A stretch of 64,000 bases of DNA from Acidimicrobiia bacterium (GTDB lineage: Bacteria > Actinomycetota > Acidimicrobiia > Acidimicrobiales > Bin134): NCBI GenBank assembly GCA_009842675.1, contig VYEX01000062.1, positions 15,218 through 79,217 of the forward strand, in the 5' to 3' direction. The notes beneath the pieces are model-generated. The model did no database searches and had not been told where the DNA came from. It saw only the letters and a list, made by a program, of their open reading frames with translations. Made by a program: the position numbers and the translations under genes. Position 1 is the first letter of the stretch. Each line of letters opens with the position of its first letter. Positions 37,200 to 45,916 of the stretch are shown piece after piece.

Positions 37200-38378
37200 T
37201 CACCACTTGCTGGACTCCTCGGCGTAAACGTGGTCAGGCAGGTCGTAGGTGATGCCCTCATCGTGGTACCAAGACCCCGACATAAGAGTAGTGAAATTGG
37301 AAGCGTTGCTCTTGCGGGCAATCTTGGGAAGGACCCGCGACGTGAAGCGGTCATACCTGGCTTGGACGCGAAACCAGGGAAGCACTCCGAACGTGGACTG
37401 CTTGGGATAGTTCAATTGGTCGGCCAGCAAGTCTCCGATGAGCGATCGCGACACCTTGTAGACGTATTGCGACAACTTCTTTCCTTCGACTGGGTCCTCG
37501 ATGCCAACCACAAGCGGCGCCGAGTTGACCAGCGAGTTAGCCAGCACAACGGATGAAGCGCTGGGCTCTGGCTCGCACATGGTGCCGATGTCATACAGCT
37601 TCAAAGCATCGTCTTCGCCCTCGAAGAGGATCGCCTCAGGAATCCCCATGAGAAGTCCCGAGTAGCGCCACGTGGCCATGAAGCTGGCTGCCTCCTCATC
37701 GCTGAACGCTGCCCCCAAACTCCTCATGTGCTTGAGCAGCCGCGCGGAGAACGCGGTGATCGCGTAGCCACAATGTGCGGCGCTCAACGGGACACCCAAA
37801 GCACCCACGTCCCAGTCCTCGGAATTGTTGAGCAAGTATCGGACCTGGGCGTGAACAAGGCGAATCCGAAACGAGAGCCTCCACCCATCGCCGTAGGGCT
37901 CCATCCCGCCGGGAATGAAGATCTCCACCATATGGCGGTTGTTCTGCTGTAGACGTCGCACACCCTGATAGCGCAAACGACCGGTAATAAAAAATGATTC
38001 GCTGATGTTGGTGGAGAAACCCTCCACCAATACTCCAGCCAGCATCCCGGCCACCACCATCTTTCGGTTGCGGTGGAACATGTGAATGCCGGCCGTCAAC
38101 GAGGGAAGATCGAGCCAGTCTGGTGGCGACATGACATCCTCAAAGAGGGTCCGGACCTCCGCTGGGGCGTCAGGAAGCTCTTTTCCGTCAGGGGGGCTCA
38201 TGTAGGCCGCGATCAGCCGGTTCGATTCCGAGCGTTTCAGAGTGGAAAGCGCTTCAACCGCGGCGTCAGCCAACGGATCACCGACCATCGTGTGGGCCAC
38301 GTAGTTCTCGGCCATCTCGGAATCGAGGGCATGAGCTTGCGCGTAGCCGGGGTTGTCGTAGTCGGTGGGTGTATTCAT
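37200..38378 (-). CDS. MpaB/DUF2236-family oxygenase (second paralog)
   Basis: RIRLVHAQVRYLL and GVPLSAAHCGYAITAF core. The start is taken at MNTPTDYD. Confidence 0.6.
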   Translation of the reverse strand: MNTPTDYDNPGYAQAHALDSEMAENYVAHTMVGDPLADAAVEALSTLKRSESNRLIAAYMSPPDGKELPDAPAEVRTLFEDVMSPPDWLDLPSLTAGIHMFHRNRKMVVAGMLAGVLVEGFSTNISESFFITGRLRYQGVRRLQQNNRHMVEIFIPGGMEPYGDGWRLSFRIRLVHAQVRYLLNNSEDWDVGALGVPLSAAHCGYAITAFSARLLKHMRSLGAAFSDEEAASFMATWRYSGLLMGIPEAILFEGEDDALKLYDIGTMCEPEPSASSVVLANSLVNSAPLVVGIEDPVEGKKLSQYVYKVSRSLIGDLLADQLNYPKQSTFGVLPWFRVQARYDRFTSRVLPKIARKSNASNFTTLMSGSWYHDEGITYDLPDHVYAEESSKW

Positions 38379-38467
38379 CAGTTTCCGATGAGGGATCTGC
38401 CAAGTCTGAGGCGGCCGGTAATCTTCGTGCCAAATAATAGTCCTGATCGCACTGAAAACGGCCCTCC

Positions 38468-38524
38468 AGAGCAGAACCTTTGGCAACACATAGATGGGGG
38501 AGTCCGGGCAGGCGGTTCTGCTCT
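38468..38524. repeat. 11-bp inverted repeat with a 35-nt spacer
   Basis: agagcagaacc (38468-38478) and ggttctgctct (38514-38524). The right arm overlaps the stop codon of the MBL gene. Confidence 0.5.
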
Positions 38525-39431
38525 ACTCGTCCCAGATAAACGGCGTGTGAGCTCGCTGACTCCAATGCTGCTGTCCGGTTTCACGCATAGCTGGGCCGAG
38601 TTCGGCCATTTGGCGGGAATAGTGATCGGTGCCGATCTGATGCCACTTTCCGTGGGCGGGGAAAATCCATTCGACGTCAAGCCCCGCAATGCTATCCATG
38701 CTGTCGGCGAGAACGTCCCAGGAGTACCACGTCTGCTTCGGAGTTATGTCAAGTTCTTGGCGCCGATGGTTCCAGAACAGGGCGTCGCCGGTGAACAGCC
38801 AACGTTTGTCCACGTAGTAGGCAACATGACCCTTGGTGTGGCCGGGTATCGGGATGGACACAACTCCCGTCTCGACCACTTCCTCTGTACTGGTGATGTC
38901 GGTGGCAAAGGGTGCAGCATCGGCATCGTCCTTGTGGATCCAGACTCGGGCGTCATACCGGCTGGCCCATTTCTCCGCATCAGCGACCTCGTCACGGTGG
39001 GAGAGAAGCACATGTTTGACTCCTCCGAGGCGATCAACTGTCTCCGCAAGACCTCGTGTGCAGCGCGGCGAGTCAACCATGAGATTTCCTGCTGGCCTGG
39101 GCAAAAGATAGGAGTGCCCGCCAAACGAGCTCCGAGCGTTGTACCCCAGGGCATACACCCCGTCCGTCAGCTCATAGGGGAAGACACCTGCCGGCGGCCG
39201 GACCACCTCGCGATTCCCAATCGACTGCGTCGGACACGCCACCGCCGCTCGCCACAACGCAGCCGTCTCTGCCTGAGTCTGCGGCTGGCGGGCGACAAAC
39301 GACCGACCCTTGTCGTCCATGTCGATGAGTCCCGGAGCCCAATGTCGAGCTACGTCACACCCAATGCAGCGGGTATCCACAAACCACGGGCCGTCCGCAT
39401 TGTCGGCGTGAACTTGATCTCTTCGGGCCAT
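38523..39431 (-). CDS. MBL-fold metallo-hydrolase with an N-terminal Cys-cluster (ferredoxin-like) segment
   Basis: N-terminal FVDTRCIGCDVARHWAP...AVACPTQSI. This is followed by an MBL-like core (LLSHRDEVAD, GHTKGH, AHG). Confidence 0.65.
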   Translation of the reverse strand: MARRDQVHADNADGPWFVDTRCIGCDVARHWAPGLIDMDDKGRSFVARQPQTQAETAALWRAAVACPTQSIGNREVVRPPAGVFPYELTDGVYALGYNARSSFGGHSYLLPRPAGNLMVDSPRCTRGLAETVDRLGGVKHVLLSHRDEVADAEKWASRYDARVWIHKDDADAAPFATDITSTEEVVETGVVSIPIPGHTKGHVAYYVDKRWLFTGDALFWNHRRQELDITPKQTWYSWDVLADSMDSIAGLDVEWIFPAHGKWHQIGTDHYSRQMAELGPAMRETGQQHWSQRAHTPFIWDE

Positions 39432-39701
39432 CAGCGTCTTGATTGACGAAACAAACCTATCGCATTGGATCAGTTCTTCCCGCAGCTTGACATAAAGGGG
39501 TCACCCCCAGATGCCCCGGGGAACCCCACAACTTTACATAACATATATTCTCAACGTTTAGCACCAAAATGGCTGACTGGCAGTTAACGAAATTATCTAT
39601 AGACATCTGAAAAGACACGCGCTAGAGTAATCATCACTGGCTCCGACCAGTGCTATCGGCCTCCCAGGCCCCCCATCGAGAAACATCGAACGGAGGGCCG
39701 A

Positions 39702-40823
39702 ATGGGTACGGTCTGGCCAGTCAAGGCCTTGATTCTTCTGCTTGCACTGGCGGCCGCGGGCTGTGGGTCGGGCGATCACGGAGCACCCGGACCTTCGCAA
39801 ACACCTTCGGAGCAGACCTCCAGCGGCCCAACCGCGGAAGTGCTCGACTTTCAGACTGGTACCGCCAGTACGGCATCCGGACCAGCCCCCACGGCCACTG
39901 GGACATCGGATCAGCGCACCGGTGCAGTTGTACCTCTCATAGCCTCTGCCGTAACGAGTGCTACTCCGAGCCCGGGTGCTGGGGCAGGTGGCTCTCCCCC
40001 AGACCCCACCGCCCGGGCGATTGCCATCCCCGTGCCCACCCGAGATGCAGTTGCTGCTTCATCGCCGCCGAAGCTCTCCCTGCTTCGCAACGCCTCGCAA
40101 TCCAGTCCGTTCCACCAGTTCGGAGACGGCGTATACACCTGGGACGATCACCGGAGGATCGTCGTGCTGGCGGTTCCTGCCGACCACCCATCCTTGGATG
40201 AGGTCAGGGAGATCGGCGGCCATTGGGATGGGACCATTGAAGACACCGCCGGAACACGAGTGTGGGTTCAGCAGTGTGCCCGACAGCTCGCCGATAACGC
40301 CCTTGAATCCTCTGATGCGGTGTATGGAGCGGTCTCGGCTCAGGCCGTTCACGCCTGCATGGGCGGACTGACCCACCTAGCAGAGTTATTTGCCCGCTAT
40401 TGGTGGACTGAGGCAGGGGTCGGTTGCCTGTCCGACGCGGTCACAACTCATTCCCTCCACGGTGACAACCGGTCCAGGCCGCTAGCCGTTTGCCCATCCA
40501 TCGGCTACGACCCGGCTGCGCCTCGGCCGCTGGGATGGTTGGCACAGCGCTGCGCGGAAATCGCGGCCGCCCATCCCAATCCAAAATATCCGTCGGTTGC
40601 CGCCCAGCCGGGTCAACCCCTTCCCTCCTGTTGGGAGCCTCTGCTGGCGATCATTGAAGCCCACGCGGCCGAGAGTGCCGAGATCGGCCTTCCCGACAGC
40701 CCCCACGACTGTTACCACGCGTTCTTGGGCTATGTGTGGGCCCGGCAGACCGATCGGGAGAGCCGCCCGCCCAACGACCTGGCCATCGGCTGCCACTACC
40801 GGGCTTTCGAGGCCATCCCATGA
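39702..40823 (+). CDS. lipoprotein of unknown family with a Cys-rich C-terminal domain
   Basis: MGTVWPVKALILLLALAAAGCGS (signal plus AAGC lipobox) with GGAGGG SD upstream. About 110 residues of low-complexity S/T/P/A/G linker, then a domain with 8 Cys. Confidence 0.7.
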   Translation: MGTVWPVKALILLLALAAAGCGSGDHGAPGPSQTPSEQTSSGPTAEVLDFQTGTASTASGPAPTATGTSDQRTGAVVPLIASAVTSATPSPGAGAGGSPPDPTARAIAIPVPTRDAVAASSPPKLSLLRNASQSSPFHQFGDGVYTWDDHRRIVVLAVPADHPSLDEVREIGGHWDGTIEDTAGTRVWVQQCARQLADNALESSDAVYGAVSAQAVHACMGGLTHLAELFARYWWTEAGVGCLSDAVTTHSLHGDNRSRPLAVCPSIGYDPAAPRPLGWLAQRCAEIAAAHPNPKYPSVAAQPGQPLPSCWEPLLAIIEAHAAESAEIGLPDSPHDCYHAFLGYVWARQTDRESRPPNDLAIGCHYRAFEAIP

Positions 40824-42157
40824 CGGCCTCATCGAGCAGAGCAATGTTGCGAGCCCTGCTGGCTGTTGGCCTGCTGGCTGGCGGGCTAGCACTGGTGGCT
40901 TCCGCCGGCCCATCGGCCCATGCCCATGAACAGACCAGACTCGTAGCGGCCAGCGGAACAGGTCGGTGCCCTTCCGGCATACAGAACTGCTCGGAAACTT
41001 GGACGCACGTCAACTCCTGGACCCACTACACCGCCCGCGTTCCCTCGAACTGCGAAGTTGACATCATCGACCAGTGCGGGGTCCGCGTGACATCCAGGTC
41101 GGCCTCCAGCTCGTGCCGGAATTCCGCCAACTGCGGGCACGGCCCGCACAGCAGCACTCCCCGACCCACTGGCCCCGGCACGTGGACCACATGGAACGGA
41201 CACCAGAACACCAACTACCGATGGTCGGGACCAAGGCAGGAACCCGTCGAACACGAACATGGCACGCCGAATCCGTCTCCGACCCCTTCGCCTTCTGAAC
41301 CGAGCCCCGACCCGTCTCCTGCCCCTTCGCCGTCCGAGCCAAGTCCGGCCCCGCCATTCTTCGACCCGTCTGACATCGACTGGAGCAATTTCGATCCGTG
41401 TGCCAACGGCGGCTGTGTGCCCCCCTGTTTAACCGATGGAATCGCCAACAGCTGCCCGTGGGAGTCGCTCCCACCCAAGGTCTGCACCACGGCGTGGGGC
41501 AAGGTTCAGCGAGAGGCGCTGCTCAGCAGGCTCCGTTGGGAGTCGATTGTTCCCTATTCCCCGGGGTTCACCGGGCACCACCCCGAAGTTCCCGGCGGTC
41601 ATCTGTACTTGACGGCAGCTTCGAGCCCCAACAGTCCGGCTCGCCACTGGACGGCAATTCAGCCGGGCACCACGCTCGACGTGCAGGATGCCCCGGTTGA
41701 CGGATGTTTGTGGACGGCCAATGCCGTCGGCGTGTCTTTGCAAGAGCTGATCCCCCACGAGGCCGCTGATCTGACCAGGCTTAGATCTGCGAGCGCCGTG
41801 GCCGCCGCAGACGAGGCCCACCAAGCCGCGGAATTGTGGGACCGGCTGAGCGTTCAGCGGCGCCAGTGGTTCCAGGCCGCCTTTCCCCGGAATGACCCCC
41901 CAATCGTCTGGTGCTCCCCCGCTGACTTGCCCCCATGGACGATTCCGGCCAGCGACGTGCTTAGCCTTCCATCCGACTGGGAAGACCGATTCGGAAAGTG
42001 CCGTTGGACAATCCCCCGCCGCGGCTTTTGGGAGTGGGAACTCCAAATCCAGTACAGCTCGGAGCAAGGCAACCTCCACACGGAAGTGGTGGCTTCTGAT
42101 CTGTCTTGGTTCCGCGAGCCCACCGGTTACGTCGATCAGCAGGTGACCCTGTGGTGA
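40820..42157 (+). CDS. secreted Cys-rich protein of unknown family with a PSPSEPSP linker
   Basis: The ATG overlaps the upstream stop (ATGA). Signal peptide MTASSSRAMLRALLAVGLLAGGLALVASAGPSAHA. Proline-rich linker PNPSPTPSPSEPSPDPSPAPSPSEPSPAPP. Confidence 0.65.
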   Translation: MTASSSRAMLRALLAVGLLAGGLALVASAGPSAHAHEQTRLVAASGTGRCPSGIQNCSETWTHVNSWTHYTARVPSNCEVDIIDQCGVRVTSRSASSSCRNSANCGHGPHSSTPRPTGPGTWTTWNGHQNTNYRWSGPRQEPVEHEHGTPNPSPTPSPSEPSPDPSPAPSPSEPSPAPPFFDPSDIDWSNFDPCANGGCVPPCLTDGIANSCPWESLPPKVCTTAWGKVQREALLSRLRWESIVPYSPGFTGHHPEVPGGHLYLTAASSPNSPARHWTAIQPGTTLDVQDAPVDGCLWTANAVGVSLQELIPHEAADLTRLRSASAVAAADEAHQAAELWDRLSVQRRQWFQAAFPRNDPPIVWCSPADLPPWTIPASDVLSLPSDWEDRFGKCRWTIPRRGFWEWELQIQYSSEQGNLHTEVVASDLSWFREPTGYVDQQVTLW

Positions 42158-42813
42158 GCGGGCCCGGCCGCGACCAGTGGTCGCCCGCATCCTGGCCGGT
42201 GAGCCTTCGGTGGCGTCTGCTGGCGGCAGCGATCGTGCTGGCCGCCACCGTGGCGACAATCGCGGCCTTATCCCGCGATGGTGACTCCATCTCGGAGGTC
42301 CCGGTGGTGGCCGCTGCCCAGCGGTGGACCGCGGGGCACCCGCCTGGAGAGCTCCTCATCATCGACATGCCCGCCGATAAGGCCATCTTCTTCGTTCATC
42401 CATCGGAGATGGATGGTGCCATTGCCGCCGTGGATGTACCCGAGGGAACGCTGGTATCGCCCCAAATGCTGCGCCCCCGCCAACGTGACGACGACACCAG
42501 GAGAACCACCCTGATGCGGTTCGGTGTGAACGACGAGATGTGGCCCGCTCCCGGTCCAGCGCCTGGTAACCGAGCTGTGTTCTCTTCGTCACCCGGAGGG
42601 TGCGCCGCAGCCTTGGTTACTTTGGTGGCGGTTAACGACGACGGTGTTGTCGAATCCGGTGTGACGGTGGAGGCGGACCCCGAACTGGCCGCGGTGCTCT
42701 CTGATGGCCAGTGGTGGATCTGGGAATCGCCTCCTGGCCGTTGGCCCCTGTGTGAGCCATCGAGAAGCAACCCCTCCCCTACCCTCGATGCAGAAAACAG
42801 GGCGGTCCGCTGA
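42154..42813 (+). CDS. membrane-anchored protein, possibly CpaB/RcpC-like (SAF-type)
   Basis: The GTG overlaps the upstream stop (GTGA). Single N-terminal TM (WRLLAAAIVLAATVATIAAL). AAVDVPEGTLVSPQML resembles SAF-domain motifs. The position before the ATPase gene matches CpaB. Confidence 0.4.
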   Translation: MSGPGRDQWSPASWPVSLRWRLLAAAIVLAATVATIAALSRDGDSISEVPVVAAAQRWTAGHPPGELLIIDMPADKAIFFVHPSEMDGAIAAVDVPEGTLVSPQMLRPRQRDDDTRRTTLMRFGVNDEMWPAPGPAPGNRAVFSSSPGGCAAALVTLVAVNDDGVVESGVTVEADPELAAVLSDGQWWIWESPPGRWPLCEPSRSNPSPTLDAENRAVR

Positions 42814-44357
42814 TGCTCTTGGCGGTAGGCGACCGATGGCTCGACGCCGAGGCAGTGAAGCAGGTCATGGACGGGGTGTTGGAGGGCATGGCCAGTACTG
42901 CCCCTGGGGCAGCCTTGGCCACCTCACCGGCTGAAGTCGACCAGGCGTCGGCCGCCGGCCACCCCACCGTTCTGCTGATGCGGGACGACGAACCCGAGAT
43001 ACGTCTCGAATCAGCAGTGGCATCGGCTGCCGCCGTGTTATGGATCACCACCGCTGATAGCTCCGACGTGCGTTCCCTTCTCCGGTTGGACACAGGGTCG
43101 CGCCGTAACACCCCAATCGTCTCGGTTGTGGTGTCCGACAACCAGCCCGACCGAGAGCGATTTCGCCGCCAACGAGTGATCAGCCTGTGGATACCCCCCG
43201 AACCCGCCCGGCGCGATCTGCGCCGGCTGCATCGACTCGGGCGCCGACTGGCGTGGACGGCGGTCGCGCCTCGCCGGCTAGATCCGCTCGATCGAGAGAC
43301 CCATCTGTGGGCTGCTTCTCAAGCCGCCCAAACCCGCCTGGCCGACCTACTCGAGGAAACCGGGGTCGAGGAGTTTCAGATCAGGGGCGGAGAGTGCATG
43401 ATCGTTCATCGGGCCGAAGGGCAGCGGGAGCGCCGGAACTCGCCCTTTGCGTCCAACGAAGAGTTGATCGAAACAGCCCGCCACCTGGCCAGCTTCTCTG
43501 GTGGCCAACCCCAGCGCTTCGACGTGCTCGACAGTCGGTTGGACATACGCCTCGGTGGCCGGTGGAGGCTCCACGCCGAGGCGTTCATGTGTCATCCCCC
43601 CACGATGGTGCTGCGATCGAACATGGCCGGCGAGGCCACGCTGGGCGATCTCAATGTGGCTACCGCACCGCTTCAGAAGATCCTGATAGGGGCAGTCTCG
43701 GGGCCCGTCAGGGCCAACATTGTGATCGCTGCTGCGATGGGCGGAGGCAAGACCACCCTTTGTCAGGCTCTGCTAGCCACCGTCGACAGCTCCGAGAGGA
43801 TCGACACCATTGAGGACACTCCTGAGCTCCGATTGGCTCAGTACGGCATCCATCCCAACAGCTACGAGCGCCTCACCCGTGACGCCAACAACGACGGCGT
43901 GGGAAAACTGGCCATGAGCGACCATATACGCGACGCCAAACGGGCCAACTCGTCCAAGTTGGTGATAGGCGAGACCAGAGGAGAGGGAACGCTGGCCTTG
44001 CTGGACGCCATGAGCAGCGGGCTGAGCGGTTGTCTGGTCACCCTGCACAGCCAGCCCGGCGCAGGGGTGTTGGCCAAACTGCTGTCCTATGCGTGCAGTG
44101 AAGGCGCAGACCCCCGATTCGCCCGCCAGCAAATTGCCATTGCAGTTCAACTCCTCGTGTGGATGGGCCGCAACGAACTCGGTGAGAGGGTGATCTCCGA
44201 CGTCTCCCAGATCGTCAGCTACGACGAGCGCAATGACACCATCGACACCCGGTGCTTGTGGTCCCTTCGCCCTGGCCAGCGGTGGGCTGCCCCCGCGGGA
44301 CTGCCCCACGGACAGATAGAGCGTCTGTACCAATCCGCGGGGATGAAGGTCCAATGA
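42813..44357 (+). CDS. tadA: TadA/CpaF-family secretion ATPase with an N-terminal extension of about 170 aa
   Basis: Walker A AAAMGGGKTTL, Asp box IEDTPEL, Walker B KLVIGETRG, His box VTLHS. TGATG junction with the upstream gene. Confidence 0.8.
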   Translation: MLLAVGDRWLDAEAVKQVMDGVLEGMASTAPGAALATSPAEVDQASAAGHPTVLLMRDDEPEIRLESAVASAAAVLWITTADSSDVRSLLRLDTGSRRNTPIVSVVVSDNQPDRERFRRQRVISLWIPPEPARRDLRRLHRLGRRLAWTAVAPRRLDPLDRETHLWAASQAAQTRLADLLEETGVEEFQIRGGECMIVHRAEGQRERRNSPFASNEELIETARHLASFSGGQPQRFDVLDSRLDIRLGGRWRLHAEAFMCHPPTMVLRSNMAGEATLGDLNVATAPLQKILIGAVSGPVRANIVIAAAMGGGKTTLCQALLATVDSSERIDTIEDTPELRLAQYGIHPNSYERLTRDANNDGVGKLAMSDHIRDAKRANSSKLVIGETRGEGTLALLDAMSSGLSGCLVTLHSQPGAGVLAKLLSYACSEGADPRFARQQIAIAVQLLVWMGRNELGERVISDVSQIVSYDERNDTIDTRCLWSLRPGQRWAAPAGLPHGQIERLYQSAGMKVQ

Positions 44358-45169
44358 CCGGGTCCACCGTCATCGTCCTTCTCGCTGGGATCGCGCTGAT
44401 GTCCGTCATCTGGTGGCCGAATTCTGCAAACAGCCCCACCACACTGCTGCTGGGAAGCGTGGTGCTGTCCCCGCGACCCTCCCTTCGAGCAGGCACGATT
44501 GCAGCAATTGTGGCGGTTGGACTCGGCTTTGTCCTTGGACTGCTGTTGGTTGGGGCGACCACCGGGCTAGCAGCCATGATCCTGACTACCGTCGGAGTCT
44601 GGTCGGTAGCAGTGCAGATCCGCTCGCGCCGAAGCCTTCAGGCATCCGACGAACTGGCCCAGCTGACAAACGGCTTGGCCAACCAGGCCTTGGTGGCCCC
44701 CACCGTGGTGGAGGCCGTGCGCCAAGCTGCGCCCCTGATCCCCGGACAGGTCGGCTCGGCTGCCCGGCGAATGGCCGCCGAATGCGAGACCGGAGGTCTA
44801 GTAGAAGCCGCCAACCGCTTTGCCACCGCCATCCGACGCCCAGTTGCCGAAATGCTGGCCACGGTACTGACCGAGGCGTTCAGGGGTGGATCCCAATGGG
44901 TGGGCTTGGCCGGAGTCCTTGCCGAGGAGGCCAACGAGGCGGCCGACACGGCGCGGCACTTCCACCGGCATGTGGCCGCGCTCATGCCCCAGATCGCTGT
45001 CACACTGGTGATGGCCGTCGCCATGTTGGCCATCACCGGATTCGCCGCCAAGGACGTGGGTCGGTGGCTGACCTCTCCGCCGGGACAGCAGCTTCTCCTT
45101 CTCCTGGCCGTGCTCGCCGCGGCCCTCTGCGCCCGGGTGCTGGCCCCGGCCTGGAGGCTTAGCCGATGA
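44354..45169 (+). CDS. tadB: TadB-like (T2SS-F domain) inner-membrane protein
   Basis: ATGA overlap. N-terminal TMs, a cytoplasmic helical domain, then C-terminal TMs, directly after the ATPase gene. The assignment is by topology and gene order. Confidence 0.55.
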   Translation: MTGSTVIVLLAGIALMSVIWWPNSANSPTTLLLGSVVLSPRPSLRAGTIAAIVAVGLGFVLGLLLVGATTGLAAMILTTVGVWSVAVQIRSRRSLQASDELAQLTNGLANQALVAPTVVEAVRQAAPLIPGQVGSAARRMAAECETGGLVEAANRFATAIRRPVAEMLATVLTEAFRGGSQWVGLAGVLAEEANEAADTARHFHRHVAALMPQIAVTLVMAVAMLAITGFAAKDVGRWLTSPPGQQLLLLLAVLAAALCARVLAPAWRLSR

Positions 45170-45879
45170 TCCTGCTAGCCGGATTGTCCGGAGTAGCCGC
45201 AGTGGCCGTTCTGCTCCTTGCCCCGCCCAAAACGGGCAGCCGGACTGCGGTACAGGCCGCGGCAATGGGGTGGCCGCCCAATCAGATATCGACGGCGGGC
45301 TGGACTCTGGCCGTCGCCGGGTCGGCAGCGGGTGCACTGGTCGGACGGGCGACGTTCGGATGGGCCGCGGGCTTGGCCATGGCCGTTGTGGTCGGAACCT
45401 GGCTGCCCTGGTTGGTGCCGGCCGCTATTCGGGCCTTCGCCGCCGCGGCCTACCGCACTGAACGGGACCAGAAGATGCTCGAGTGGTTGCGCAAGCTGCG
45501 GCTTCTGACGTCGGCGGGCCAACCCATCAACGCCGCCGCGGTAAACGCTGCTCTGACCGTTTCTGGCCGGGCATTCACGGTGGCTCAGGGGGCCATAGGG
45601 GCAGCCCTGGACGCCGGTCGCGACCCGCTACCCGCGGTGTCCTCGGCCATTGCCGGTTCCCCCGCGGAGCCCCTGCTGGCTTCGGTGGTGGCCGCTGAGC
45701 GGGCCGGCGCGGCCTCCTCTGACCTCTTGGACAATTCTTTGTCCCGATCCGTTCGGACCCTGGAGTCCGAGCGGCGCCTGGCAATTGACCAGCTAAGCCG
45801 GGCCATCGGAACCACGGTCACCCTGGTGGCCGCCATCGCTGGTCTCGTAGTCATGGCCGCTGTGATCTTCGTGCTCTGA
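45166..45879 (+). CDS. tadC: TadC-like (T2SS-F domain) inner-membrane protein
   Basis: ATGA overlap and the same architecture as the preceding gene. Confidence 0.55.
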   Translation: MILLAGLSGVAAVAVLLLAPPKTGSRTAVQAAAMGWPPNQISTAGWTLAVAGSAAGALVGRATFGWAAGLAMAVVVGTWLPWLVPAAIRAFAAAAYRTERDQKMLEWLRKLRLLTSAGQPINAAAVNAALTVSGRAFTVAQGAIGAALDAGRDPLPAVSSAIAGSPAEPLLASVVAAERAGAASSDLLDNSLSRSVRTLESERRLAIDQLSRAIGTTVTLVAAIAGLVVMAAVIFVL

Positions 45880-45916
45880 AGGCCACCGGTCGTCTCAAAC
45901 TCAGGAGAACCCCGTC

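Noticed and set aside
38073-39446. 457-aa plus-strand ORF spanning two minus-strand genes.
   Set aside because: It runs antisense to the MpaB-like and MBL-fold genes, crosses their intergenic gap, and has an Arg/Gly/Pro-rich composition typical of antisense frames with no recognisable motifs.
39487-39530. C-rich and G-rich runs (ggggtcaccccc, gccccggggaacccc) as a possible 6C-type sRNA or riboswitch.
   Set aside because: Only 4-bp stems can be drawn. There are no two hairpins with C-rich loops of at least 6 nt, and no riboswitch consensus that I can recognise.
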